A stretch of DNA of 64,000 nt from positions 45,534 to 109,533 of the forward strand of contig CAIMVM010000171.1 in the NCBI GenBank assembly GCA_903844895.1. The letters are read 5' to 3'. The position numbers and the translations under genes were made by a program. The notes beneath the pieces are model-generated. The model saw only the letters and a list, made by a program, of their open reading frames with translations, did no database searches and was not told where the DNA came from. Each line of letters opens with the position of its first letter. Position 1 is the stretch's first letter. Positions 48,433-58,624 of this stretch are shown in pieces. Source of the stretch: an uncultured Pseudomonadota bacterium. Lineage in GTDB: Bacteria > Bdellovibrionota_B > Oligoflexia > Oligoflexales > CAIMVM01.

Positions 48433-48840
48433 TTACTTTGCAGTTTGTGCTGGCTTAAAATAGCGGCTCTTAATACGAGCAGCTTTACCCGCAAGATCTC
48501 TTAGATAGTAAAGTCGAGCGCGTCTGACTCGGCCTTTAGCAAGTACATCAATCTTATCTACGAAAGGACTGTTGGCTGAGAATATACGCTCTACACCCAC
48601 GCCGTTTGCAGAAATTTTTCTGACTGTGTAAGAAGAGTTCACTCCACCCTTTTTAAAACGAATGCATACGCCTTCGAATTGCTGAATACGTGACTTCTTC
48701 TCAGACTTCCCTTTAGCGTCAGTCGTAGTTTCTTCGATCTTGAAGTGAACAATGACCGTGTCGCCAGGTCTAAATGTGGGTAGAACTTTGGTTTGGGGAG
48801 CTACTCTTGCCTCAAAACCTGCCAATATAGAATTTTTCAT
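48433..48840 (-). CDS. rplS: 50S ribosomal protein L19
   Basis: [10 protein letters not shown]...., [36 protein letters not shown] motifs. Contains a short basic insertion. Confidence 0.9.
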   Translation of the reverse strand: MKNSILAGFEARVAPQTKVLPTFRPGDTVIVHFKIEETTTDAKGKSEKKSRIQQFEGVCIRFKKGGVNSSYTVRKISANGVGVERIFSANSPFVDKIDVLAKGRVRRARLYYLRDLAGKAARIKSRYFKPAQTAK

Positions 48841-49181
48841 GTTAACACCTATGAATGAATCAACTGTTTATAACCGGCGAAGGAAATGTTCGCTACCCTA
48901 GAATCTATCCCCCTGAAACCATTAATAAAAAAATTTCATCAAAGAATCAGAAACCAGAGAGACAACTGTTTAAACCAAAGACCGTTATTTGGTCAAGGAG
49001 TTTTACACGTGAAGTCCGGCTTTTAGTTGAAATTCCATTTCAAACCCCAAGCCTGGGTAAAGCGGCCTACAAACTGGCTACCCATGGAGAAATGATGAAC
49101 CTTTCTTTAGAAGTAATGCGTTTCCCCTTTGCGCCTCCTAAATATTAGAATAAGTATATGAAATGCTGAAAGGATTTCATC

Positions 49182-50291
49182 ATGTCGGATTCGATCAAAC
49201 AAATAGAAGATACCATCATCGCTCGGGAGCGGGTTTCCACGGAGTCCGTGGCCTGGCTTTTCTCTGAGGGGAGCGACGAGGACTTAAGATCTTTATCGAG
49301 TTTGGCCCGCCGTCACTACCATACTGACGGAGTTGCCTCTTATTTGAAGATGGCCATTGTCAATTATACAAATATTTGTGTGGCTAAATGTGATTACTGC
49401 TCTTTTTATCGCCTCCCCCATGAGGACGGGACCTATCTTTTAAACCAAAATCAAGTCTTTGCAAAAATCAATGAACTGGTTTCCTTTGGGGGAACACTGG
49501 TAGGTTTTAATGGAGGTTTCCATCCAAAGCTAACAATCCTTGATTATGCTAAACTCTTTAAAGCCATTCACCTTGAATATCCAAGCCTTAAATTTTACGA
49601 AATGACAGTCGCTGAATTTATGTTTACCTGCAAGCTGTCTAAGGTCTCCTATGAGGAGGGGGCAAAAATCTTAAAGGATCATGGAACCGAGTGGATTACA
49701 GGCGGTGGGGCTGAAATTTTAGTAGACTCATTTAGACTTCGGCACAGCCCCGGCAAATACAAAGTTGAAGACTATTACGCGGCTCAAAAAGCCATTTTAG
49801 ATCAAGGCCTAGGCTCCACTGCAACCATGGTCATTGGTTTTGATGAATCCACCAGCGAGCGCCTGGAGCATTTAGAACGCCTGCGACGCTTTCAAGATGA
49901 AAATCAGAATCGCTTGGCTAGTTTTCTTTGCTGGACCTATAAACCATTCGGCAATGCCCTAGGGGGTAAGGAAATATCGACCCGTGAGTACTTAAGATGG
50001 CTAGCTATTTGTAGGATCTACTTAGACAACTTTGTGCATATCCGTACTTCAGTCTTGACCAAAAATGAGCGAGCTCTAGAAGCCTTGTTATGGGGTGCCA
50101 ACGATTTTGATTTGCCCACTGAAGATGAAGTCACTCAAAAAGCGGGAGCGACGATTTCTCACGCCTTTGATTCGGTCTTAAATCACGCCGAAAAAATAGG
50201 GATTAAAGCCGTTTACCGTAAGCCCTTTGACACGAGAGTGCGCCCCATCCTCTCCTGGCAACCATTATCCGATTCTACTATCTCTAGTTAA
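49182..50291 (+). CDS. Radical SAM enzyme of the CofH/MqnC/MqnE family (futalosine-pathway type)
   Basis: NYTNICVAKCDYCSFYR cluster motif, GGGAEIL and TATMVIGF blocks. I cannot distinguish MqnC from MqnE by eye. Confidence 0.7.
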   Translation: MSDSIKQIEDTIIARERVSTESVAWLFSEGSDEDLRSLSSLARRHYHTDGVASYLKMAIVNYTNICVAKCDYCSFYRLPHEDGTYLLNQNQVFAKINELVSFGGTLVGFNGGFHPKLTILDYAKLFKAIHLEYPSLKFYEMTVAEFMFTCKLSKVSYEEGAKILKDHGTEWITGGGAEILVDSFRLRHSPGKYKVEDYYAAQKAILDQGLGSTATMVIGFDESTSERLEHLERLRRFQDENQNRLASFLCWTYKPFGNALGGKEISTREYLRWLAICRIYLDNFVHIRTSVLTKNERALEALLWGANDFDLPTEDEVTQKAGATISHAFDSVLNHAEKIGIKAVYRKPFDTRVRPILSWQPLSDSTISS

Positions 50292-50321
50292 ATACCTTAG
50301 AAACAGCAGGTTACTTCTGAT

Positions 50322-51095
50322 TTACTTTATTTCAATCGCACTTATCCAAGTTGTAAAGCTCTGAAGTGTATCGTCTCCATCTGCCATAAACCAAAGTCCT
50401 GTAACTTGAACTTCGCTTGGGAGTATATAGCTCGCACTATATCCGTTTTTACACCAACTCAATTTTTTAGGTAACGAATGGGGAACGACCATCGACATAT
50501 ACTTCGTATAGGGACTAACCCAAGTAGTTCCTGACGGGCTGGCTACTCCTGCTGTTAAATATAAAACCCTATCAGTTGGAAACTTAACGATCTTTTCGAG
50601 TTTCTTGATCCACGTCGGCACGAACATGGGAATCATCGGAGGATTGCCCTCAAGCAATAGACCAAGACGAAGGGCCGCATCATCACCAGATTTAGTTTTC
50701 TCCCTATCTTTTGTGACTTTGGTTAAATCACGTGTCGTACACCAATCAAAGCTTACTGATTTCACCGATCGAACTTTATCAAAAGGCAATACCAAGGCAG
50801 AAGCAGAATTGCGCACAGTGGCTTCGAGAGCATCTCCGGAAAGAGCATAAGAGGTTTGAGTTTTTCCTTCAAACTCCATGGGAAGGGCTTTAGAAATAAA
50901 CTCCTCGACCAGGGAATTAGAGGTGGGAGCCGGAGATGTTTTTACCTTTTTTACTTCTTCGGCCTGGGCCACAGAAGCAGCCCCAAGTTGCGTTTCTAGA
51001 AAAAATTGTGTGAAAAACTCTAAACAGAATAGCGTTCTTAAAATAGAAATGCTTAAAATAAGACTCCCTGAAAAGCTCAGCTTTAATACCTTCAT
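50322..51095 (-). CDS. Secreted DUF3047-like protein
   Basis: Pattern ...NSASALV...FDWCTT...KSGDDAALRLGLLLEG...GLWFMADGDDT... resembles what I recall of DUF3047. 4-nt overlap with the upstream cytochrome c gene. Confidence 0.5.
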   Translation of the reverse strand: MKVLKLSFSGSLILSISILRTLFCLEFFTQFFLETQLGAASVAQAEEVKKVKTSPAPTSNSLVEEFISKALPMEFEGKTQTSYALSGDALEATVRNSASALVLPFDKVRSVKSVSFDWCTTRDLTKVTKDREKTKSGDDAALRLGLLLEGNPPMIPMFVPTWIKKLEKIVKFPTDRVLYLTAGVASPSGTTWVSPYTKYMSMVVPHSLPKKLSWCKNGYSASYILPSEVQVTGLWFMADGDDTLQSFTTWISAIEIK

Positions 51096-51883
51096 TTAGC
51101 AATTTCCTTTCCAAATACCTGGGTCGTTCGCAAATGAAATATCTGTTTCTGAGACATACCGAGTGCTTTGATTTCGACGCCATTGAGGCGTGCAGCATCC
51201 CTCATTTCTAGCACACCCAGGGCTTTGCTTTCGCCACCCTGGCCCAAGGCACCCTGATCACCTGCAGAAAGGGTCAATGTATAGAATGCAAGTGTCCACA
51301 TATCTAAATCCGAAATCTGATCCTTAAAGGGATACATTGGTGTTTTAGGGATACCAGTTAAAACAATATTGTAAACCATCGCGGGCGCAAGATAGTCTTT
51401 ATAGAAGGCACTATTCAATGGCCTAAGGGGCGGAACGAGACGGCTTGATAGGGCACCATCCGACTGACCTGTTGGCCCATGACAACTTCCACAATGCCGT
51501 AAAAAAAGAGCTTCGCCACGGGCCTTATTTAAACTGGAAGATGGCGCCAAATTTAATGAAAGCTCCTTTTCCAATACTTTTCGGTACTGGCGCCAGACTT
51601 CAAGGCTAGGTTTTGCGGAAAATAAAGCATCTAACTTAGGCCTTTGGGAAATCAAGGGTTTTAGTTTGGCCCAAGCCTGTTGAATTTTTTTGTCTTCCTG
51701 AATCCAGTCACACTGCTCGGCACAACGCAAATAACCTAAGTCTAGGGTTAGCAAAAAGTCTCTTAATACGAGTGCTTTGGTCTCTCGCTCCGCTAAACTC
51801 TCTCTTGCGAAGGCTGGTCTCACAAAAAGAAGCAACAAAACCAACACTAAGTGGAACTTAGAACTGCTTGAAACTTTAAACAC
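51092..51883 (-). CDS. Monoheme cytochrome c family protein
   Basis: Single CGSCHG heme motif. GTG 51883 (AGGGG upstream, then signal-like KFHLVLVLLLLFVRPAFA) is preferred over the listed start 51970, which abuts the divergent mutase ATG. Confidence 0.65.
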   Translation of the reverse strand: MFKVSSSSKFHLVLVLLLLFVRPAFARESLAERETKALVLRDFLLTLDLGYLRCAEQCDWIQEDKKIQQAWAKLKPLISQRPKLDALFSAKPSLEVWRQYRKVLEKELSLNLAPSSSLNKARGEALFLRHCGSCHGPTGQSDGALSSRLVPPLRPLNSAFYKDYLAPAMVYNIVLTGIPKTPMYPFKDQISDLDMWTLAFYTLTLSAGDQGALGQGGESKALGVLEMRDAARLNGVEIKALGMSQKQIFHLRTTQVFGKEIAK

Positions 51884-51970
51884 GGCCAAACCCCTGTAAA
51901 AATGAGCGACTTGCTCACATTTATGGTTTATAAATATTTTGCACAAGAAGAATCGTGAAGGGAAATTCAA

Positions 51971-54103
51971 ATGACTAAAATTGAGTCAAAACTGGATCAG
52001 TGGAAAACCATAGCAAGCAAAGAACTTAAAGGTACGCCCACCTCAAGTTTAAACTTCAAGACCCCGGAAGGGATCACGATTAAACCCCTTTACACCTCGC
52101 TCGATACCGCTTCTTCTGAAGAAACGCTGCCAGGTCTGCCGCCGTTTACCCGCGGGCCGAAAGCGACCATGTATCCTAAACATCCCTGGACAATCCGCCA
52201 ATATGCCGGCTTTTCGACTGCCGAAGAGTCTAATGCCTTCTATCTCAAAAATCTTGCCGCTGGCCAAAAAGGACTTTCCGTCGCTTTCGACCTGCCCACT
52301 CATCGCGGCTATGATTCGGATCACCCGCGAGTCCTCGGAGACGTCGGGAAGGCTGGAGTCGCCATCGATTCCGTCGAGGACATGAAGATCCTCTTTAGAA
52401 ACATTCCCCTTCAAGACATCTCTGTCTCCATGACCATGAATGGCGCTGTAATTCCGGTACTTGCAAGCTATATAGTTGCCGCACGGGAGCAAGGTGTAGA
52501 AGAACGGCTTTTAAAGGGAACGATCCAAAACGACATTCTAAAAGAATACATGGTCAGAAATACCTATATTTATCCCCCTGAGCCTAGCATGAGAATTGTG
52601 CGGGATATCATCGGGTATACATCAAAAAAAATGCCTCTTTTCAATTCCATTTCTATTTCGGGCTATCACATGCAGGAAGCAGGCGCAGATGCCGCCCTAG
52701 AGCTCGCGTATACGATTGCTGATGGACTCGAGTATGTGCGCTCAGCATTAAGCAGTGGATTGGACATTGATGATTTCGCCCCAAGACTGTCTTTCTTTTT
52801 TGGCATAGGTATGAATTTCTACATGGAAATCGCTAAACTTAGAGCTGCTAGAAAACTATGGCACGATGTGATTAAGCCCTTCCAGCCAAAGCTTGAATCG
52901 TCATTACTTCTGCGCACACATTGCCAAACATCAGGATACTCACTGACAGAAAAAGACCCGTTTAACAATGTGGTTAGAACCACAATTGAAGCTATGGCGG
53001 CTGTTTTCGGTGGTACCCAATCCCTCCACACCAACGCCTTAGATGAAGCCATCGCCCTCCCCACTCCATTTTCTGCACGAATTGCTCGCAATACTCAAAT
53101 CATTATCCAAGAAGAAACGGATATTTGTAAGGTTATTGACCCCTGGGGCGGCTCCTATTTTATGGAATCGCTCACAAGAGACATCGAACAAAGAGCACTT
53201 GAACTGATGGCTGAAGTGGAAGCCTCAGGCGGGATGACCAAAGCGATTATGAGCGGTATACCCAAGAGACGCATTGAGGAGTCTTCGGCACGAAAGCAAG
53301 CAAGAATCGACTCAGGAATGGAAACCGTGGTCGGGGTAAACAAATACAAAGCCGATGAAAGTTCCGATCAAAAGCTAGATATTTTAGAAGTTCAAAACGC
53401 TGATGTAAGAAGACAGCAGATTTCACGACTAGAGACGATCCGAAAACAGCGCGACCAAGCTAAAGTAACTCAACTTTTAGATGCCCTCAAAGAAGGCGCA
53501 GCATCGGGAAAAAATTTACTAGAGTTGGCGATTCCAGCTATGGAGGCTCGCGCGACAATCGGTGAAGTTTCCGCAGCGCTGGAATCTGTATTTGGCCGAT
53601 ATAACGCGACAAATACGGTAGCCTCAAGTGTCTACTCTGCCGAATTTGGCAATAAAGATATGATTCAAGGAGTTCAAAGAAGAGTCGGTTCTTTTCATAC
53701 CAAATTTGGACGTCACCCAAGAATCCTAGTGGTAAAGCTAGGTCAAGATGGTCACGATCGCGGCGCTAAAGTGGTCGCCACAGGACTGTCGGATCTCGGT
53801 TTTGATGTGGATATTGGCCCACTATTTCAAACACCAGAAGAAGCGGCAAAGTCAGCCATCGAGAATGACGTGCATGTTGTGGGAGTTTCCTCGCAAGCAG
53901 CAGGACACAAAACATTAGTTCCCGCTTTGAGAGTCGCCTTGGATCAAGCCAATGGCAAAGACATCAAGATCGTTGTCGGAGGAGTTATTCCGAAACAAGA
54001 TTATGATTTTCTAATGTCTCAAGGGTGTTCTGCGATTTTTGGACCTGGCACTCCGATTACCGACTGTGCACATAAGATTTTAGATCTTCTTGAGACCCCA
54101 TGA
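51971..54103 (+). CDS. Methylmalonyl-CoA mutase (single-chain, with C-terminal B12-binding domain)
   Basis: 710 aa. [15 protein letters not shown] and [12 protein letters not shown] motifs. C-terminal [12 protein letters not shown]12-binding motif. Confidence 0.9.
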   Translation: MTKIESKLDQWKTIASKELKGTPTSSLNFKTPEGITIKPLYTSLDTASSEETLPGLPPFTRGPKATMYPKHPWTIRQYAGFSTAEESNAFYLKNLAAGQKGLSVAFDLPTHRGYDSDHPRVLGDVGKAGVAIDSVEDMKILFRNIPLQDISVSMTMNGAVIPVLASYIVAAREQGVEERLLKGTIQNDILKEYMVRNTYIYPPEPSMRIVRDIIGYTSKKMPLFNSISISGYHMQEAGADAALELAYTIADGLEYVRSALSSGLDIDDFAPRLSFFFGIGMNFYMEIAKLRAARKLWHDVIKPFQPKLESSLLLRTHCQTSGYSLTEKDPFNNVVRTTIEAMAAVFGGTQSLHTNALDEAIALPTPFSARIARNTQIIIQEETDICKVIDPWGGSYFMESLTRDIEQRALELMAEVEASGGMTKAIMSGIPKRRIEESSARKQARIDSGMETVVGVNKYKADESSDQKLDILEVQNADVRRQQISRLETIRKQRDQAKVTQLLDALKEGAASGKNLLELAIPAMEARATIGEVSAALESVFGRYNATNTVASSVYSAEFGNKDMIQGVQRRVGSFHTKFGRHPRILVVKLGQDGHDRGAKVVATGLSDLGFDVDIGPLFQTPEEAAKSAIENDVHVVGVSSQAAGHKTLVPALRVALDQANGKDIKIVVGGVIPKQDYDFLMSQGCSAIFGPGTPITDCAHKILDLLETP

Positions 54104-55101
54104 TGGAATCCCTAGAAACACTTGAAAAGCTCATACAGGAACGAGACCGCAGAGGTTTAGGGCGGGCGATTACCTTAGTAGAAAGTGATTCCTTTGACCA
54201 AAAGCAAGCCGCGCGCCAGCTGATTGAAAGACTGAGCAAACTTGGTAGAAAATCTCGAAGAATTGGCATTTCTGGCCCGCCAGGAGTGGGAAAGTCTTCT
54301 TTTATTGAGCGCCTCGGACTCCTTTTGGTCGGGGAGGAACGTTCGCTAGCTGTACTTGCCATTGACCCATCTTCGCCCCTCAGTGGTGGAAGCATTTTAG
54401 GTGACAAGACTAGAATGCAAGACCTAGCAGCCCACGAACGCGCCTTTATTCGCCCTTCGCCGAGTGGCAAATCCTCAGGAGGAGTAGCACGAAGCACCCG
54501 AGAGTCCCTATTGATTCTCGAAGCTGCGGGCTTTGATTATATCCTTGTAGAATCCGTCGGCGTAGGACAAGCAGAATTCACCCTAGAGTCGATGGTCGAT
54601 CTCTTTATAACCCTACACCAACCCTCCTCAGGTGATGACCTGCAAGGAATCAAGAAAGGAATTTTGGAACTATCGCAATTTGTAATTGTCACCAAAGCAG
54701 ACTCCCATCTCTTGCCAGCAGCCGAGTTAGCAAAATCAGAATTATACAACTCTTTTCATTTTATGCCGCCGCTTGTCCCAGAAAGAAAAATCCTTCTATG
54801 CAGCGCTTTAGAAAACAAAGGCTTTGAATTGATTGTTGAAGAAATTGAAAGTTTTTTTAAAACCTATTTTGCATCTTCACATGCTTTACTAAGACGAAAC
54901 TCCCAAAATGTCGCTTGGTTTCATCAAGAACTAAAATTTCAATTTGAAGATCTTGTCGAGCACTCCCCAAGGGCGCAGGACATTAAAGCCAAGTATCTGA
55001 ATCAATTAAATAAATCTCACGCCGCCTCTTCCTTGGCAAGAGACGCATTGAAAGAAATTTTGGCTGTGATCTCTGAAGAAAATACGCCCCTGGTTACATG
55101 A
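54100..55101 (+). CDS. meaB: Methylmalonyl-CoA mutase-associated GTPase MeaB/ArgK
   Basis: [16 protein letters not shown]-loop, ESVGVGQ, VTKAD motifs. 4-nt overlap with the mutase gene. Confidence 0.9.
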   Translation: MMESLETLEKLIQERDRRGLGRAITLVESDSFDQKQAARQLIERLSKLGRKSRRIGISGPPGVGKSSFIERLGLLLVGEERSLAVLAIDPSSPLSGGSILGDKTRMQDLAAHERAFIRPSPSGKSSGGVARSTRESLLILEAAGFDYILVESVGVGQAEFTLESMVDLFITLHQPSSGDDLQGIKKGILELSQFVIVTKADSHLLPAAELAKSELYNSFHFMPPLVPERKILLCSALENKGFELIVEEIESFFKTYFASSHALLRRNSQNVAWFHQELKFQFEDLVEHSPRAQDIKAKYLNQLNKSHAASSLARDALKEILAVISEENTPLVT

Positions 55102-55124
55102 AATTTGGTAGCTATTGCTTCGAT

Positions 55125-55151
55125 GAGAACTGATCTCTTAGATCTGTTCTC
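55125..55151. terminator. Hairpin between convergent meaB and the cytochrome gene (possible bidirectional terminator)
   Basis: GAGAACTGATCT-CTT-AGATCTGTTCTC gives 11 bp with one T-T mismatch and no U-tract. It overlaps the cytochrome stop codon. Confidence 0.35.
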
Positions 55152-56550
55152 AAAGAGGTTGGTCATCTTGGATAGTAGGATTCTTCTTTGTTCCGTGCTT
55201 TATTTTCTCCCAATAAGTGTCAAAGTCGAATTTCGGGGAATGGGGCGTCACATGACACTCAGCGCAAACAAATTTGCCGCCCTCTAGCCGGTTCATCTTC
55301 GGGTTTTTAGCATGTTCTTTTCCAGCACCATGGCAAGATTCACACCCAACCCCAGCCAAATGAGGTGTAAGCTTTTGGTTAAGATAACCGCCATTTTTTT
55401 CATATCCAACCACATGGCAGCCGATACAGGAACTATGCTCTTGTTTTTGCGCTGCTTTTAGAGTGTGAACTGCATCTGAGTGATCCGAACGCTTCCAAAT
55501 ATCATATTCCTTTTGATGGCATCTTTGACAGGTTTCGCTTCCTTTGTATTGGGAGGAGGATCTAAATTTCATTTTGGCTTTTACATGTTCGTCAAACTTT
55601 TGTTTTTCAGCTTTGTTATATAGTTTCATAGCCTTATCAACGGGCGATGGAAGAGTAGCATAGTCTTTGCCGAGCCACACAATGGGAAGACCTTCCGACT
55701 GAATAGAATTATCTTTTTCCGATGTTGAGCCAAACTTCAGAAAATTGGAACTCTCAGGCTTCTCTTCTGATAAAAGATTTTTAATGCCCAAAAATCCCCG
55801 CTGAAGATTCTTAGACACCCAAACACCACTGGCACCAAGAGGGATGCGATAGGAGGGGGCACCAGCATAGACTTCAGCTAGCGTGGCAGCGTGAGACATT
55901 TCTGAACCGTCTGGCTTAACACTGATATCCCGCTCGCTAGATCTTAAAATAAGGTCTGGCTTAATCACTTCTGCAAGATCAGTCAACTCTTTATCACTTA
56001 CAGCGGTCAGTAAAACCCGCCTTGAGGTGCTAGAACACAATTTAGCGAGATCTTCATTTAGGAAATGGAGAGGTCCGCTAAACCCTTCTTTAGGAGAAGC
56101 AAATCCTAGCACACAGGTGTCACGTGATTTCAAAAATCGAACCGTACTTGGTAGTAAAGAATTGGTTAGAACGGGCGGGATCTTCGCTGCGACAAAAGTC
56201 GCTAAATCGTCTTTTGACATGGGAAACCCGGCAGTGATGCTTAAAGACTTCACTCCCTTAACCATAATGTTGGCATTGATATCCTGGCCCGATTTCTTAG
56301 GATCATTTAAGTGACCAAGAACAAAGACGTCTGTTAACTTGTCCTTCTTTCTAACTTGCTCGACAAAGGCCCCTGCTCGTCTTAGTCCGCCCACGTCGCT
56401 TGATGGGTCGCAACCACAAGGTTCGAACCCCCCCCTGATTTCTCCAAAAGCGGCCCAAGAGTACCCATAGATTTTAGGGGAAGCAAAAAACAAAGATAGG
56501 AAAAACAAATATGTGAGAGGCAAAACCAGCTGTAGAAAACTTCTCATCAT
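55150..56550 (-). CDS. Multiheme c-type cytochrome (4 CxxCH) with an N-terminal PCGC-motif domain
   Basis: CQRCH, CIGCH, CESCH and CAECH sit in the C-terminal 120 aa (cytochrome c554-like). Signal peptide present. N-terminal GGFEPCGCDPSSDVGGLRRAG motif. Confidence 0.75.
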   Translation of the reverse strand: MMRSFLQLVLPLTYLFFLSLFFASPKIYGYSWAAFGEIRGGFEPCGCDPSSDVGGLRRAGAFVEQVRKKDKLTDVFVLGHLNDPKKSGQDINANIMVKGVKSLSITAGFPMSKDDLATFVAAKIPPVLTNSLLPSTVRFLKSRDTCVLGFASPKEGFSGPLHFLNEDLAKLCSSTSRRVLLTAVSDKELTDLAEVIKPDLILRSSERDISVKPDGSEMSHAATLAEVYAGAPSYRIPLGASGVWVSKNLQRGFLGIKNLLSEEKPESSNFLKFGSTSEKDNSIQSEGLPIVWLGKDYATLPSPVDKAMKLYNKAEKQKFDEHVKAKMKFRSSSQYKGSETCQRCHQKEYDIWKRSDHSDAVHTLKAAQKQEHSSCIGCHVVGYEKNGGYLNQKLTPHLAGVGCESCHGAGKEHAKNPKMNRLEGGKFVCAECHVTPHSPKFDFDTYWEKIKHGTKKNPTIQDDQPL

Positions 56551-56562
56551 AAACTTCCAAAC

Positions 56563-57171
56563 TTAAATGAGTCGATATCCTCCACCGTATACAGACTCAA
56601 TAGAAAGTTCAAGTTTTTCAACTTTTTTTCTAAGTCGGCATATCAGACTTTCTAGGCTGGAGTCAGATACCTTCACTCCACACCAGACCATTTTTTTAAC
56701 CGAATGCCTATCAATGGTTTCACCACCACATTCCATGAGGTAGGCAAGCAATGTGACTTCTTTTTGCGTGAGTAACTCGTGTTCTTCGTCTTTAGAAATC
56801 TTGCCGCCTATCAGATCAAGCTTGGCGCCTTTCCACGAAACAAACGCATGGGTAGTATTTGTGTCTTGCCCTAGAGCGTCTACTAGAGCGTCTAACAGTG
56901 TCGAAACTTCTGAAAAGTGAATCGCATTACGAATTTTGTCTTGAAAAGGCCCAATAAGGCTAAAAATAGGCACGTTCTCTTGAGTTAAAAGTCCAGAAAA
57001 ACTATCAAGTGCGGGTCCAGACAGATGGGATACCACAATGGCGCGAGCTCCTTTTAGGGCCCCTGAAAGCTCCCGGCAATCTTCAATCCACCTAACAGGC
57101 GATAGACTTGCTATGGGCTTTAGAAGGCTTTTTGCTTCCCCTGATCGTTCTATTAAGACAATGTGACCCAA
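56563..57171 (-). CDS. OmpR/PhoB-type winged-helix regulator with a degenerate (Asp-less) receiver-like N-terminus
   Basis: C-terminal LTQKEVTLLAYLMECGGETIDRHSV...LICRLRKKV...VYGGGYRLI is a trans_reg_C domain. The N-terminal 100 aa lack the acidic pocket and acceptor Asp (VLIERSG, IVVSHLSG). Confidence 0.7.
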   Translation of the reverse strand: MGHIVLIERSGEAKSLLKPIASLSPVRWIEDCRELSGALKGARAIVVSHLSGPALDSFSGLLTQENVPIFSLIGPFQDKIRNAIHFSEVSTLLDALVDALGQDTNTTHAFVSWKGAKLDLIGGKISKDEEHELLTQKEVTLLAYLMECGGETIDRHSVKKMVWCGVKVSDSSLESLICRLRKKVEKLELSIESVYGGGYRLI

Positions 57172-57298
57172 GAGATGAGACCTTCCTTCTGCCTAATTAA
57201 TGCGCTTTTTGGTTTACAACAATACGGAACTCCTTCATCATTTCATTGCTGAGTATCCAAGGCAATGGCACAATCTTGCCTGTCTACTAGGAGAATTC

Positions 57299-58525
57299 AT
57301 GGCCCTTATCGCCCTTGAAAAAATCGAGCGTGCTCGCAAGCGACTATCTGAAATTTTTCCAGAAACTCCTACGATTCGTTCCGAATTCTACTCGTCCAAA
57401 ACCGGCTTAGACGTTTACCTAAAGATGGAAAATCTTAATGTTTCTGGTTCCTTCAAGGTTCGAGGAGCCACCAATGCCATTCTTGAGGCTGGATCTAGCG
57501 CAAAAGATGGCGTTGTGGCGACTAGCGCCGGAAACCATGCTCAAGGCGTAGCTATTGCTGCCAGAATGCATAATCTTCATGCGACGATTTTTATGCCCGA
57601 AAGAGCCCCGATAATTAAGGTTGAATCTACTAAGAACTTTGGCGCCCAAGTGATTTTAACGGGTGATACCTATGATGACGCCGAGGTGGCCGCCAAGGAG
57701 TGGCAAGCAAAAAATGGCGGATTAATGATCCATCCCTTTGCTGATGAGACCGTTATTGCGGGACAAGGCACCGTAGCTCTAGAGCTATTAGATCAAGTCA
57801 AAGACCTTGACGCTATAATCGTTCCCGTTGGGGGGGGAGGACTTATTTCTGGCATTGCCTCTGCCGTAAAACAAAGATTTCCCCATATTAAGATCATTGG
57901 ACTTCAAACAGAACTCTATCCCACAATGTTCGAGTCCTTCCGAGACGGCAAGATAGCAAGCCCTCCTAAAAGTCCTGAAGCAAGCATAGCGGATGGGATT
58001 GCCGTAAAAGGTATCCGAGAGCTAAACTATAACATCATTCGTGAAAACGTCGACGAGATGCATTTGGTATCGGAAAGTCAAATTGCCGGCTCTGTCATGG
58101 AACTTATGGAAAGAAACCATTTGTTGGCAGAAGGGGCAGGAGCCATATCGGTTGCCGCACTCGACGATTTGGCGCTTTCTCTCAAGGCCTGGAAGAAGGA
58201 TTGCCGCATTGCCTGTATTATTTCTGGCGGGAATATCGATGTCACGCTTCTCGCAAGAATTACAAATCGAGGATTGATTCGCAATGGCCGCCTTATGCGC
58301 ATCAAAGTAGTCGTGAGAGACCGACCTGGTGCCATGGCAAAACTTTTGGATATTATTTATCACACGGGAGCAAACCTCTATAACTTAGAGCATAATCGCA
58401 TGGCAAAGTCAGGCAGCATATATACTGTAGAGGTATTACTGGAACTTGAAACCATCGATAATTCTCATCAAGAGCGCATTCAAAGTGTAATCTTGGAAAA
58501 CGGTTATGCGTTTTCAGCAAGCTAA
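57299..58525 (+). CDS. ilvA: Threonine ammonia-lyase (threonine dehydratase, single regulatory domain)
   Basis: PLP lysine motif SGSFKVRGA, GGGGLISG, C-terminal ACT-like domain. Start moved to ATG 57299 after an AGGAGA RBS. Confidence 0.85.
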   Translation: MALIALEKIERARKRLSEIFPETPTIRSEFYSSKTGLDVYLKMENLNVSGSFKVRGATNAILEAGSSAKDGVVATSAGNHAQGVAIAARMHNLHATIFMPERAPIIKVESTKNFGAQVILTGDTYDDAEVAAKEWQAKNGGLMIHPFADETVIAGQGTVALELLDQVKDLDAIIVPVGGGGLISGIASAVKQRFPHIKIIGLQTELYPTMFESFRDGKIASPPKSPEASIADGIAVKGIRELNYNIIRENVDEMHLVSESQIAGSVMELMERNHLLAEGAGAISVAALDDLALSLKAWKKDCRIACIISGGNIDVTLLARITNRGLIRNGRLMRIKVVVRDRPGAMAKLLDIIYHTGANLYNLEHNRMAKSGSIYTVEVLLELETIDNSHQERIQSVILENGYAFSAS

Positions 58526-58624
58526 TGAAGACAACATTTGCAATCATCCAGAAAGTTCGTTTACTAAAAATCTAAACAAGGACCTTGCTCGACACACCAA
58601 GTGTTCACCTTATGTGAAACTCTT

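Noticed and set aside
48182-49148. ORFs 48182..48463 and 48855..49148 flanking rplS.
   Set aside because: The first runs through the rplS terminator hairpin. The second lies in the rplS upstream region, has no RBS and gives an implausible product. Neither is supported.
51884-51970. Cobalamin riboswitch upstream of methylmalonyl-CoA mutase. Also considered upstream of the adenosyltransferase at 10746..10801.
   Set aside because: The available non-coding space (87 bp and 56 bp) is far below the size of a B12 riboswitch, and no B12-box-like sequence was seen.
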